From: an uncultured bacterium
GTDB taxonomy: Bacteria > Omnitrophota > Omnitrophia > Omnitrophales > Abzuiibacteriaceae
NCBI GenBank assembly: GCA_964387845.1
Contig: CAYLXA010000003.1
Coordinates: 164,089-228,088, forward strand
Reading direction: 5' to 3'
DNA length: 64,000 nucleotides
Below, piece by piece: positions 48,948 through 58,599 of this stretch. Both the position numbers and the translations under genes were made by a program. The stretch's first letter is position 1; every line of letters starts with the position of its first letter. Below the pieces are notes generated by a model. That model did not search any database, was not told the DNA's origin, and saw nothing but the letters and a program-made list of their open reading frames with translations.

Positions 48948-51221
48948 TTGGAAAAGATAAAAAAATTTTTTAATCTAGAATTCCGTTTATTTTTTCTGCT
49001 AGTTTCAATTCAAGCCGCTTTTTTTTTGACGTTAATTCTGCAAAAAAGGCTCCCAAATTCACACGACACATTCCATTTTTTTAGTCTCCAATATTATTAT
49101 TTAAATCATGCCGTGATGTATGGAGCCATTCCGCAATGGATCCCGTTTCTCACGCACGGATTGATTGCAAACGGATTTTATGCGCTGCAATGCGGGTTTC
49201 TACAGAACGTGCTTATGGCGGCTGCGCCGTTTTTGAGCAAAATCAATTTCTTGCCCGTATTTTATGCGGGCATGTTTGTCGATGAGCTTCTGCTGGTTGT
49301 TGGTACTTGGCTGCTTGCCAAAAGATTTTTTTCATCTTTATCGACCGTTTTTTTTGTTTGCATCTCGGTCGTCGGCTCCTCCGTTTGGGTAACCCAACCG
49401 TGGTTTAATTTTCGGTTTCTTTATACGGTTCCGCTTATGATTTATTTTTTTCATCTGTTTCTTGAATCTGCCAAATGGCGGTATTTTTTCCTAGGATTTG
49501 GCTTAATGGCCTTTCAAACGCTCGGCAATTTGGCGTATTCGATTCCGTTTACCAGTGTTTTTATTTTCATGTACTTTTTATTTTATACAGCTTTAAATTT
49601 CAGAAACGTACTGGCTCAAGCCAAACAAATAAAATTTAATTTTTCGTTGCTGATTCCGGCTTTGTGGGTGATTGCACTATTCGTGCTCTGTTACAGCATT
49701 CTTTCATTCGGAACGGATGAGGTAATGCATTACGGTTTTAACAGGAATCGAGACGGCACTGTCAGCCTCGGTGATTTTTTGGATGCAAGCCCACTTTTGG
49801 CCAGGCTCAGTCCCGATGAGCTTCTGTTTGGTGCGCTTCCGTCAATTGATTACTCGCTATATGCAGGAGTGGCGGCAGTTTATTTTGCGATAGCGGGCGC
49901 TATTGCAAACAGAAGTAGAAATAAAATCGTATTTGTTTTATTGGCCATTTTTATCATGCTCTTTTCTCAGGGAGCTTTTGTCAGCATGTTTTTTTATTAT
50001 GTCTGGCCCATGATGAAATATTTCCGCCACATTGAATTGACGATGAGTTTTTTCAGGCTATCCATGTGCTTTTTAGCGGGTTTTGGCTTCGAGTGGCTCT
50101 TGGTTCACAAGACGGAAACAGGGAGGGCACATGTTTTTATAGCGTCGGTTTGCTTTATCGCATCATTAGGATATTTTATTTTGGGCTATGGTGAAAATAG
50201 CAACGGTTTTTTAATATTGATAATCGGAACTTTATTTTCATTTTTTCTTTTATTTGACAGAAAGAAGTGGCATGGAGTTACTGTTGTACTTTTATTAATG
50301 CTCCATAGCGTTGATATATTTGCATATAAATGGACCGAGTTTGAAAAGAAAAGTTTTTTACTCAATGAGCAACAGTATGAAATTCTAAAATTTTCAAAGA
50401 TCCCGTTTGTTAGTAAAAGAGACCAAGGATATTCGGGTCGAGAACCTATTTTGGGCGATTTGCTTCAGTTCGTGATTCGCGGAGGGAATTATTGGACGAT
50501 TTATGCATTTCTTTTCAAAGATGACTTCGATAGCTATTTACAGACCCATCAATGGATGCTACCTCTCGACCAGTATTTAAGGGCCTATGCCGGGGTTTCT
50601 ATATATGATCGTCAATCGGTGCCAATACCTACGTTTCGCATCAACCGCGCTTTGGTATTTCCAAGAAGTTCTTCTTTGCAAAAAATCAGCTCCCTCACCG
50701 AAGACAAAATCCAGTTCTTCTCGGATGCCCATATCCTGGGTTCTCCGGATGAGGTTGCCGGATTAATGACAGACCCTCAATTTAAGGGAGATCTTCTTTT
50801 CTTGAATCAGCCGGGCCATGATCCTAAACCCTTTAACCGGCCGCTTGATTCCAATGAGCGCCTGAATCTCGACTATGAAGTCACTCATTTTGATTCCAAT
50901 CAAATCCAAGTCTCAGTCAATATCCCGGGCAATCAACCCGCCTGGATATTCTACAGCGATGTCTGGCATCCTTTTTGGAAGGTAATAGTCAACGGTAAAA
51001 CAAAAACAGTCTATAAAGCCGATCTTGCCTATAAAGCCGCCCCCCTAGAACCCGGGCAAAACAACATACGTTTCTACTTCGAATCCAACTGGATCTCTTT
51101 CCTTCATCTCTTCTTTAACCTCCATGCCGTCTTCTGGCTCCTCATCCTGTGCCTGCTCATTGCCAAGATCTGTGTGCCGGAGGGGAGGCAGCGCGGCGTG
51201 AAGATATATGAATTAATTTAG
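48948..51221 (+). CDS. YfhO-like GT-C-type membrane protein, paralog 2 (757 aa; TTG start)
   Basis: Same architecture as 44055-46421. The first in-frame start is TTG at 48948. Confidence 0.45.
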   Translation: MEKIKKFFNLEFRLFFLLVSIQAAFFLTLILQKRLPNSHDTFHFFSLQYYYLNHAVMYGAIPQWIPFLTHGLIANGFYALQCGFLQNVLMAAAPFLSKINFLPVFYAGMFVDELLLVVGTWLLAKRFFSSLSTVFFVCISVVGSSVWVTQPWFNFRFLYTVPLMIYFFHLFLESAKWRYFFLGFGLMAFQTLGNLAYSIPFTSVFIFMYFLFYTALNFRNVLAQAKQIKFNFSLLIPALWVIALFVLCYSILSFGTDEVMHYGFNRNRDGTVSLGDFLDASPLLARLSPDELLFGALPSIDYSLYAGVAAVYFAIAGAIANRSRNKIVFVLLAIFIMLFSQGAFVSMFFYYVWPMMKYFRHIELTMSFFRLSMCFLAGFGFEWLLVHKTETGRAHVFIASVCFIASLGYFILGYGENSNGFLILIIGTLFSFFLLFDRKKWHGVTVVLLLMLHSVDIFAYKWTEFEKKSFLLNEQQYEILKFSKIPFVSKRDQGYSGREPILGDLLQFVIRGGNYWTIYAFLFKDDFDSYLQTHQWMLPLDQYLRAYAGVSIYDRQSVPIPTFRINRALVFPRSSSLQKISSLTEDKIQFFSDAHILGSPDEVAGLMTDPQFKGDLLFLNQPGHDPKPFNRPLDSNERLNLDYEVTHFDSNQIQVSVNIPGNQPAWIFYSDVWHPFWKVIVNGKTKTVYKADLAYKAAPLEPGQNNIRFYFESNWISFLHLFFNLHAVFWLLILCLLIAKICVPEGRQRGVKIYELI
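49062..49150 (+). repeat. 89-bp copy identical to 44169-44257
   Basis: See partner. Confidence 0.9.
49999..50052 (+). repeat. 54-bp copy identical to 45106-45159
   Basis: See partner. Confidence 0.9.
50679..51188 (+). repeat. 510-bp copy identical to 45867-46376
   Basis: See partner. Confidence 0.9.
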
Positions 51222-52199
51222 AGGAAGTTTTATGATGCTGGCTGAAATTAGCGGCTCACCGATTTCAATTTCGGTTCCAACCTGAAGATAATCACTTGCA
51301 ACGAAACCAAGCGCAAGCGGCTTTGAAAGCGCAGGCGAAAACACGGCGCTTGTGATCCGGCCGATTTCCTTTCCCGATTTTTGAATTTTATCTCCCAAAT
51401 TAGGGATTTTGTCTCCGGCCACAATAATTCCGGTTAACTGTTTTGCAAATTTTCCGCGGCTGTCGATTCGCGCGACAATTTCCTGGCCCGGGTAGCAGCC
51501 TTTTGTAAAGCTCACAGCTTTTGGCTCGATTAGTTTCACTTCCGGCAAGATAATGTCTTCAGTCAGGTCAATTCCATACCGCGGCGTTCCGGATTCAACG
51601 CGTAAAATCTGAATAATTTCAGATTCAATTTGCGAGATGCCCAGCGGCTGCGCAGCGCTTTTGATTTTTTCGAGTGCTTTGCTTTTTTCTTGGCTCGGAA
51701 TCACAATGCACCAAGTTTTAAATCCGAAAAGGGAGATACAGAAAATCCGGCAGTCAAAATCTTTTGCTTTTGACGGCCCGTGCGAAAAAATCTCCTTCGG
51801 GTAATCACTATTAAAAAGCGTTTTAACGGCATCTTCAGCTTTCGGGCCCAAAATCGCCAAGATCGAAAGCTCTTTAGATTGATTGGTAAATGTTACATCG
51901 TCGGTAACCGTAAATTTTTCTAGAACGCCAATGACTTTCTCGGTAATCGAAGATTCCATAGCAAGCCACGTTCTTTCATTTTCAACAAACACATTCATGT
52001 CGGCGATGATTTTAGCCTGAGCATTCAACAGGCAAGCATAACAGCCGCTTCCGGATTTTATGTTTTTGATATCATTTGTGAGCATCCGGTGAAGAAATGA
52101 AACGGCATCTTTTCCGTTCACTTCGATTAAGGCCCGGTTTGAAAGATCAATGATTGCGCCGTTAGATTTTGCGGATTTGTATTGATCCATGTTTTTCAT
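51213..52199 (-). CDS. ygfZ: Folate-binding Fe-S cluster repair/tRNA-modifying protein YgfZ (GcvT-like)
   Basis: KGCYPGQE signature and GcvT-like fold. Confidence 0.8.
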   Translation of the reverse strand: MKNMDQYKSAKSNGAIIDLSNRALIEVNGKDAVSFLHRMLTNDIKNIKSGSGCYACLLNAQAKIIADMNVFVENERTWLAMESSITEKVIGVLEKFTVTDDVTFTNQSKELSILAILGPKAEDAVKTLFNSDYPKEIFSHGPSKAKDFDCRIFCISLFGFKTWCIVIPSQEKSKALEKIKSAAQPLGISQIESEIIQILRVESGTPRYGIDLTEDIILPEVKLIEPKAVSFTKGCYPGQEIVARIDSRGKFAKQLTGIIVAGDKIPNLGDKIQKSGKEIGRITSAVFSPALSKPLALGFVASDYLQVGTEIEIGEPLISASIIKLPLN

Positions 52200-54361
52200 A
52201 TTTTTGTCGTCAAGCGGGTTCCGATCCAGAATAAAGCCAGTGATGCCAACACACCAAAAAGAATCTGGAGATTTGTAAAAGGTTCATAATCCATCGAAAC
52301 ATGCCGGTCTCCCGGTTTTACTTTGATGCGCATCAAGCGGTCTTCTTTTGCATAAATACCCCTCTCTTTCCCGTTGACGAGCGCTTTCCAGCCTTTTAAA
52401 TCAATAAACGTTGCAACCAACTCTTCTTCCCGTTGAATGGAAGGCAGCTTCACCTTTAGGCCGTTGCCTTTTATTTGAATCGACGCAGGATCGAGCCAGG
52501 ACCTGACGTTCCCATTTTGGAGATAAACAATACTAACCGGTTCCGGATTTTCAAAAAGCAAGAGAATGGATTGCTGGCCGGCAACGCGCCAGTTATTTTC
52601 CATCAATTCCCGGCGCGGCCCCGTCAAAATGTATTTAATTCCGAGGCGGTTCACTTTTTCCTGGTCCCAGGGCCCCACAAAATGATAAGCAAGCGGCGTC
52701 AGGTCAACTTCGATCATTTTTTCTTTCATCAGAAAATCCGCGAAACGCTTGTTTACCAAAATGCTGCGCCCCGCGCTGCCAAGAACATATTTTTCGGCAG
52801 CCCGTAAATCGTGCCCATGCGCGGTGACAATTTCGGCAGCAAGGCGTGAATTAGGCGTCATTGCGTCGAGAAATTTTTCAGGCAGAAATTTTGATTCCCA
52901 GCTGTTTGAGTAATGATGAATAGGAAAAGGGCCCGGGTCTTTGCTGACGCAGCATTCGGACCAATCTTCGAGATTCAAAATATTGGCTGCTATGGTTACC
53001 TTTGACCAAATCAGCGACAGGCCCAGCAGCCCGCAAAAAATCAGGCCGATGTTTGATCGGGCTTGTTTGCCGGAATCTATTTTTGAAGCCAAACAATAAA
53101 TTGCGTACAAAATAACAAAAGCCAAGAAAAAGAAAACGGGAAATTTATATTTCCACTCAATTTGATGCCAATCGAGCCAAAAAACTGATGCGAGAAGAAC
53201 CGCCGCAAGAATAGCTAAGGAAACCGCCAAAAACTTTTTCGAAAAGGCATTTTTTGAAATTTTATCCAGCGCGATTCCGGCCGGAACGGCAAAAAAAACG
53301 CTCGAAATCCACCAAATTCGCGTGGCATCGGTGGATTTAAGAAGCGGGGCGGATAAGTAAAAGTCTTTGAAACGCAAAAGGAGAAAGACAAAAATGACAG
53401 GCCCAATTCCTAAGATCAGAAACCGGACAGGAAAATAAATATTCTTTTTGAAATCATTCTTAAAACTCCAAACAAGCCCGATTAAGGATAAGGTGACAAG
53501 CGGCAGTGAAAAATAAATCGCGGAATCCATGTGATGGCGCCATGGTTTTTGCTGGCCGATCAGGCCCGATAAAAGCCGCTTAAAAGTGTAATCCGGAGCC
53601 AAATATTTTTGGCCGACGCGCGCGCTTTCTTTTACATGTTCAAAAAAGTTCATAAAATCTGCGTAATAAAATAAAAATCCTGCCGCGATCACGATCAAAG
53701 TCAAAATCATTTTTTTGTCAAACCTGGCTCGGGACAAAAAGAGTTGGTTCAACACGATAAAAGGGATCATCAAAAAAACAAGATTGGTGCTTGTGCTTAA
53801 AGTTGCGGTCACCATAGCCGCATAAAACAAGAAAAGGTACTTCGCGTTAGGTTTGTCATTGAAGCGCTCTTGAAATATCAAAATTGCTATAAAACATAAA
53901 AGCGACAATTGATAGTAATGGTGTGCGAAATGCCATAAAAATCCGGGCGAAAAAAAGGTGACGACTGCGCAAATAGCGGCAATTCCGGCCGGCATATATT
54001 TTTTCAAATAAAAAATAAGCGCAAACACCGTCAAAAACGCAATCGCAGCCCGATTTATTGTCATGGCTACCGGATTCGGAAAAAAATAATAGGTAAGGGC
54101 GTGGGGCGAAAACGGATAAGTGGTTGCATCGCCTAAAATAGGTGTTCCGAAATTGTGGTACAAGTTCATCATCGGAATTTGGCCGTCGCGCATGATCGAA
54201 CGGGCTATGAAAAGATTGGGAAACGTGTGATTGGCGTCGTCTGCCTTGTCGAATGCGGCACAATCGGTAAAAAAGAAAACTTTGATGATCACGAACAAAG
54301 CAATCGCCAGAGGAACAAACCCGTACACAATTTGTTTCTTAAAGCTAAACGGCATGAGCAT
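52196..54361 (-). CDS. YfhO-like polytopic membrane protein, distant third paralog (721 aa)
   Basis: N-terminal multi-TM region, extracytoplasmic domain, C-terminal TM (ILFGVLASLALFWIG). Overlaps mutY and ygfZ, consistent with operon coupling. Confidence 0.4.
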   Translation of the reverse strand: MLMPFSFKKQIVYGFVPLAIALFVIIKVFFFTDCAAFDKADDANHTFPNLFIARSIMRDGQIPMMNLYHNFGTPILGDATTYPFSPHALTYYFFPNPVAMTINRAAIAFLTVFALIFYLKKYMPAGIAAICAVVTFFSPGFLWHFAHHYYQLSLLCFIAILIFQERFNDKPNAKYLFLFYAAMVTATLSTSTNLVFLMIPFIVLNQLFLSRARFDKKMILTLIVIAAGFLFYYADFMNFFEHVKESARVGQKYLAPDYTFKRLLSGLIGQQKPWRHHMDSAIYFSLPLVTLSLIGLVWSFKNDFKKNIYFPVRFLILGIGPVIFVFLLLRFKDFYLSAPLLKSTDATRIWWISSVFFAVPAGIALDKISKNAFSKKFLAVSLAILAAVLLASVFWLDWHQIEWKYKFPVFFFLAFVILYAIYCLASKIDSGKQARSNIGLIFCGLLGLSLIWSKVTIAANILNLEDWSECCVSKDPGPFPIHHYSNSWESKFLPEKFLDAMTPNSRLAAEIVTAHGHDLRAAEKYVLGSAGRSILVNKRFADFLMKEKMIEVDLTPLAYHFVGPWDQEKVNRLGIKYILTGPRRELMENNWRVAGQQSILLLFENPEPVSIVYLQNGNVRSWLDPASIQIKGNGLKVKLPSIQREEELVATFIDLKGWKALVNGKERGIYAKEDRLMRIKVKPGDRHVSMDYEPFTNLQILFGVLASLALFWIGTRLTTKI

Positions 54362-55451
54362 ATTGTTCGAAGGTTGTTTTCAATAGACTTTGGTAAGGGA
54401 CCGGAAAAGAAAGCTTCGTGATTCCGGAACGTGAAACCCAGCGGCTTCCGGAATTAACATGGCCTTGATTCGTTTTGAAAACAAACGGCGAAATTGTCAT
54501 CTTCAAATGTGTTAAGTGATGCGTAATCGGTTCGATTGAAGCTATGGGCGCGGCTTTCATTTTGTATTCATTATGAATGTAGCGTTCGATTAATTCACGG
54601 AACGAATTTTTAACCGGCGAAGTGATGCTTGGCACTTCCCAAAGCCCGCCCCAAATGCCTTTCGCCGGCCGTTTCCGGACCAAAATTTTTCCGTCATTCA
54701 AGATAAAAGCAGCCGCAATCCGGACTTCTTTTTTCTGCAGAGCCTTGGATTTGATCGGCAATGATTCCTGATTTCCTTTTTTATATGCGGAACAAACCGA
54801 AGAAACCGGACAAGCCGTGCAATTGGGCATCGCCGGAATGCAAATCAAGGAACCAAGTTCCATGAGCGCTTGATTAAAATCTCCAGGTGATTTTTCAGGA
54901 ACCAACTGTCCGGCAATTTCGTATAAAAATTTCTGCGTTTCGGGTTTTAAAATATCCTTTTTGATATTAAAAAGCCGGGAAAGAACGCGCGCCACATTTC
55001 CATCGACAAGCGGCACGCGCTTTTCGAATCCGATGCTGGCGATGGCGCCTGCCGTGTAGCGTCCGATTCCCGGAAGCGCGAAGAGAGAATCAAAATCACT
55101 CGGAATTTTTCCGCCGTGTTTTTCACAAATCATTTGCGCCGCTTTATGCAGATTTCGCGCGCGCGTGTAATAACCAAGCCCCTCCCAAAGTTTTAAAACC
55201 TTATCGATCGGCGCTGCGGCGAGTGATTCGATATCGGGAAACACTTTCATCCAGCGTTCGAAATAGGGAATCACGGTCTTGATCTGAGTTTGCTGAAGCA
55301 TGACCTCAGAGATGAATGTTCGGTAAGGGCTTTTTTGGGAGCGCCAGGGCATGGGACGCTTATTTTTGGAAAACCAGGCAAGCAGGTTTTTTTGAATCTT
55401 TACCTGTACATTTCCCGAAACTTTCGAATTCATAGAGCTAGAATTTATCAT
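54345..55451 (-). CDS. mutY: A/G-specific adenine DNA glycosylase MutY
   Basis: PYRTFISEVMLQQTQIKTVIPYFERWM, LGYYTRARNL, a 4Fe-4S cluster (CIPAMPNCTACPVSSVC) and a C-terminal NUDIX-like domain. Confidence 0.88.
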   Translation of the reverse strand: MINSSSMNSKVSGNVQVKIQKNLLAWFSKNKRPMPWRSQKSPYRTFISEVMLQQTQIKTVIPYFERWMKVFPDIESLAAAPIDKVLKLWEGLGYYTRARNLHKAAQMICEKHGGKIPSDFDSLFALPGIGRYTAGAIASIGFEKRVPLVDGNVARVLSRLFNIKKDILKPETQKFLYEIAGQLVPEKSPGDFNQALMELGSLICIPAMPNCTACPVSSVCSAYKKGNQESLPIKSKALQKKEVRIAAAFILNDGKILVRKRPAKGIWGGLWEVPSITSPVKNSFRELIERYIHNEYKMKAAPIASIEPITHHLTHLKMTISPFVFKTNQGHVNSGSRWVSRSGITKLSFPVPYQSLLKTTFEQYAHAV

Positions 55452-55465
55452 ATAATGTTGGGCTT

Positions 55466-56812
55466 ATGAATCATAATTTAGAAAAGCTGGATAAGAAACA
55501 TATCTGGCATCCTTTCACGCAAATGCGCGATTGGGAGCGTGACGACATTCTTGTTATCGAGTCCGGCAAGGGATGTTTCCTGCGCGATACGAAGGGCAGG
55601 CGCTACATTGACGGCGTTTCATCGCTTTGGTGCAATGTGCACGGCCACCGGGTTCCCGAAATTGACCGCGCAGTCAAAAAACAGCTCGGAAAAATTGCAC
55701 ATTCGACTTTTTTGGGGCTTTCGAATGTTCCCGCCGTTTTGCTGGCGCAAAAATTAGTCAAAATCGCGCCCAAAGGGCTTTCACGCGTTTTTTATTCGGA
55801 TTCCGGCTCCGAATCGGTCGAAATCGCGGTCAAAATGGCGTTTCAATATTGGCAAAACCTTGGCGAAAAGAAGAAAACCAAATTTATCCGGCTCACAAAC
55901 GCTTACCACGGCGATACGCTCGGCTCCGTGTCGGTTGGCGGCATTCAATTGTTCCACGATATTTATCACTCGCTTACTTTTAAAACGATTTCAGTTCCGG
56001 CACCGTACCGGTATCGCGACTCATTTTCCGGCACCGAATCCGAGTACGCCAAATTTTGCGCAGATCGGCTGGAGAAAATTATTCAGAAGCATGCCCGTGA
56101 AACGGCAGCGCTCATCATCGAACCTTTGATGCAGGGAGCTGCCGGAATGATCAATCAACCCCGCGGATTCATTTCGCGTGCAAGACAGCTGACAAAAAAG
56201 TATAATGTGCTGCTCATTTTTGACGAGGTGGCAACGGGTCTTGGGCGGACCGGAAAATGGTTTGCGGCGGATCATGAAAGAGTTTCGCCGGACATTTTGT
56301 GCATCGCGAAAGGTTTGACGGGCGGTTATTTGCCTCTTGCTGTAACTCTAGCAACAGAAAATATTTACAACGCTTTTAAGGCCGATTACGCTGCCCTCAA
56401 AACGTTCTTTCATGGCCATACTTATACGGCGAATCAGCTGGCTTCAGCCGCGGCACTTGCCAATCTCGCAGTTTTTGATAAAAATAAGACGCTCACGAAG
56501 CTCAATTCCAAGTTAAAGTTCTTATCTAAAAGGCTTGAATCATTTTGGAAGCTCCGGCATGTCGGCGATATCCGCCAGACTGGTTTTATGGCCGGCATTG
56601 AACTTGTCCGAGACCGGATGACGAAAGAACCGTACGATTGGAAGGAAAAAATCGGGATCCGGGTCATTGAGGAAGCGCGTAAGCATGGCGTCATCATCCG
56701 GCCGCTTGGAAATGTGATCGTGCTGATGCCGCCGCTTGCGATCGAAATGAAAACGCTCGAAAAATTGTTGAATGTAGTTTATAGGTCAATTCAGAAAGTA
56801 ACGGAACGTTAA
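55466..56812 (+). CDS. bioA: Adenosylmethionine-8-amino-7-oxononanoate aminotransferase
   Basis: HIWHPFTQM, DGVSSLWCNVHGH and FDEVATGLGRTG. Confidence 0.9.
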   Translation: MNHNLEKLDKKHIWHPFTQMRDWERDDILVIESGKGCFLRDTKGRRYIDGVSSLWCNVHGHRVPEIDRAVKKQLGKIAHSTFLGLSNVPAVLLAQKLVKIAPKGLSRVFYSDSGSESVEIAVKMAFQYWQNLGEKKKTKFIRLTNAYHGDTLGSVSVGGIQLFHDIYHSLTFKTISVPAPYRYRDSFSGTESEYAKFCADRLEKIIQKHARETAALIIEPLMQGAAGMINQPRGFISRARQLTKKYNVLLIFDEVATGLGRTGKWFAADHERVSPDILCIAKGLTGGYLPLAVTLATENIYNAFKADYAALKTFFHGHTYTANQLASAAALANLAVFDKNKTLTKLNSKLKFLSKRLESFWKLRHVGDIRQTGFMAGIELVRDRMTKEPYDWKEKIGIRVIEEARKHGVIIRPLGNVIVLMPPLAIEMKTLEKLLNVVYRSIQKVTER

Positions 56813-56815
56813 ATT

Positions 56816-57526
56816 ATGGGTCGGGGGATTTTTATAACGGGAACGGGGACCGGTGTCGGGAAAACAATTATTTCCGCCGGCCTCGCGCTCGCGCTGAAAG
56901 AGCGAGGCATCAAAGTCGGTGTAATGAAACCAATCGCGACAGGCTGTGTCGGCGAGAACGGAACGCTCATCAGTACGGATGCTGTTTATTTGTTTGAAGC
57001 GGCAGAGAATGAATACGCACCTCTCACCAATCCTTACCGTTTCCGAAATCCGGTTGCGCCGAACGTGGCGCAGATTTATGAGCAGCGCGAAATCGATACG
57101 GATGCGATTTTGGCGGCGTATAAAAAATTGACGGAACTTTACGATTTTGTCATCGTCGAAGGCATCGGCGGTTTGATGGTTCCGATCAAGAAGAAATATT
57201 TTGTCACCAATTTAGTGCGCGAAATGGATTTGCCGGTGGTGATTGTGGCGCACATCGGACTTGGTTCTATCAATCACACGCTTTTAACGGTTGATTCCGC
57301 CATGATCCGCGGGCTTCAAATCCGCGGCATTATTTTTAACCGCGCGCCGCTTGTTAATTTTTCGCTCGCGGAACTCACAAACCCGAAAGTGATCAATGAA
57401 CTGACGGGTCTTCCTATTTTGGGAACGCTTCCCGAGCTTGAAGATGTGAACGTGGAGCAGTTCCGCTACGGTCGGCTGCTTGAGATTTTCAAAGACCGGA
57501 TTAATATCGAACAAATTCTGAAATAA
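56816..57526 (+). CDS. bioD: Dethiobiotin synthetase
   Basis: IFITGTGTGVGKT P-loop and VIVEGIGGLMVP. Confidence 0.88.
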   Translation: MGRGIFITGTGTGVGKTIISAGLALALKERGIKVGVMKPIATGCVGENGTLISTDAVYLFEAAENEYAPLTNPYRFRNPVAPNVAQIYEQREIDTDAILAAYKKLTELYDFVIVEGIGGLMVPIKKKYFVTNLVREMDLPVVIVAHIGLGSINHTLLTVDSAMIRGLQIRGIIFNRAPLVNFSLAELTNPKVINELTGLPILGTLPELEDVNVEQFRYGRLLEIFKDRINIEQILK

Positions 57527-57528
57527 TT

Positions 57529-58599
57529 ATGAACAAAAAAGTGCTGGTAGCCATGTCCGGCGGTGTCGATTCTTCAGTAGCTGCATACTTACTGAAAGAA
57601 GCCGGGTGGACTGTGGGCGGTGCCACAATTCGCACCTGGGCGAGCGGCGAATGCAAGGATATCAACACCAAAACCTGCTGCGGCGTGATTGGTGTTGAAG
57701 ATGCGCGGGACGTTGCCTGGAAGCTTGATATTCCGTACCACGTTTTTAATTTTGAAAAGGAATTTAAAGCAAAAGTCGTCGATTATTTTTCGCGCGAATA
57801 TTTAAACGGACGGACGCCGAATCCGTGCATCGCGTGTAATCAGCATATTAAATTTGAATTATTTTTGGCGCGTGCACGCGAACTCGGATACGACCATATC
57901 GCAACCGGCCATTATGCGCAAATGACGTTTGATGAATCCACAAAACGCTACGGCGTTAAAGAAGGCGCGGATGGCACCAAAGATCAGGCGTATGTCCTCT
58001 TCCCGCTTTCTCAGGATGTTCTCTCGCATTTAGAGCTCCCCATTGGGAAATATCCAAAGACCGAAATTCGCCGGGTTGCGAGAAAATTGGAACTAAGAGT
58101 TGCGGACAAGCCCGACTCAATGGAAATTTGTTTTATCCCCAGCAATGATTACGCAGGATTCCTGGAGCGGGAGCTTAAACTTGAAGAAAAAACCGGCGAC
58201 ATTGTGGATCAAGATGGCAAAGTACTCGGACAGCACAAAGGTTACTACCACTACACCATCGGCCAGAGGAAGGGAATCAACATCGCACATCAGCACGCGC
58301 TTTATGTGACGGATATTATCCCGGAGAAAAATTTGGTTGTGGTGGGCGCCAAATCTGATGTGAAACGTTCCCGCTGTGAAGTTGCGGATGTGAATTGGCT
58401 TCATCCGGTCAACGGCAAGCCTGTAAGAGTTCAGGCTAAAATTCGCGCGCATCACGAAAAAGCGTGGGGAATGTTGAGAAAAATTTCCGAATCCGACGCT
58501 GAAGTTATCTTTGAAGACCCGCAAGATGCCATCACGCCCGGTCAGGCCTGTGTTTTTTATGACGGCGATAAAGTTTTGGGCGGGGGCTGGATCAAATGA
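57529..58599 (+). CDS. mnmA: tRNA-specific 2-thiouridylase MnmA
   Basis: VLVAMSGGVDSSVAA PP-loop, CNQHIKF and the conserved Cys residues. Confidence 0.92.
   Translation: MNKKVLVAMSGGVDSSVAAYLLKEAGWTVGGATIRTWASGECKDINTKTCCGVIGVEDARDVAWKLDIPYHVFNFEKEFKAKVVDYFSREYLNGRTPNPCIACNQHIKFELFLARARELGYDHIATGHYAQMTFDESTKRYGVKEGADGTKDQAYVLFPLSQDVLSHLELPIGKYPKTEIRRVARKLELRVADKPDSMEICFIPSNDYAGFLERELKLEEKTGDIVDQDGKVLGQHKGYYHYTIGQRKGINIAHQHALYVTDIIPEKNLVVVGAKSDVKRSRCEVADVNWLHPVNGKPVRVQAKIRAHHEKAWGMLRKISESDAEVIFEDPQDAITPGQACVFYDGDKVLGGGWIK

Noticed and set aside
44169-51188. Identical blocks interpreted as an insertion sequence or MITE
   Set aside because: The blocks are in-frame coding segments of two homologous genes. 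They have no terminal inverted repeats, no target-site duplications and no transposase.
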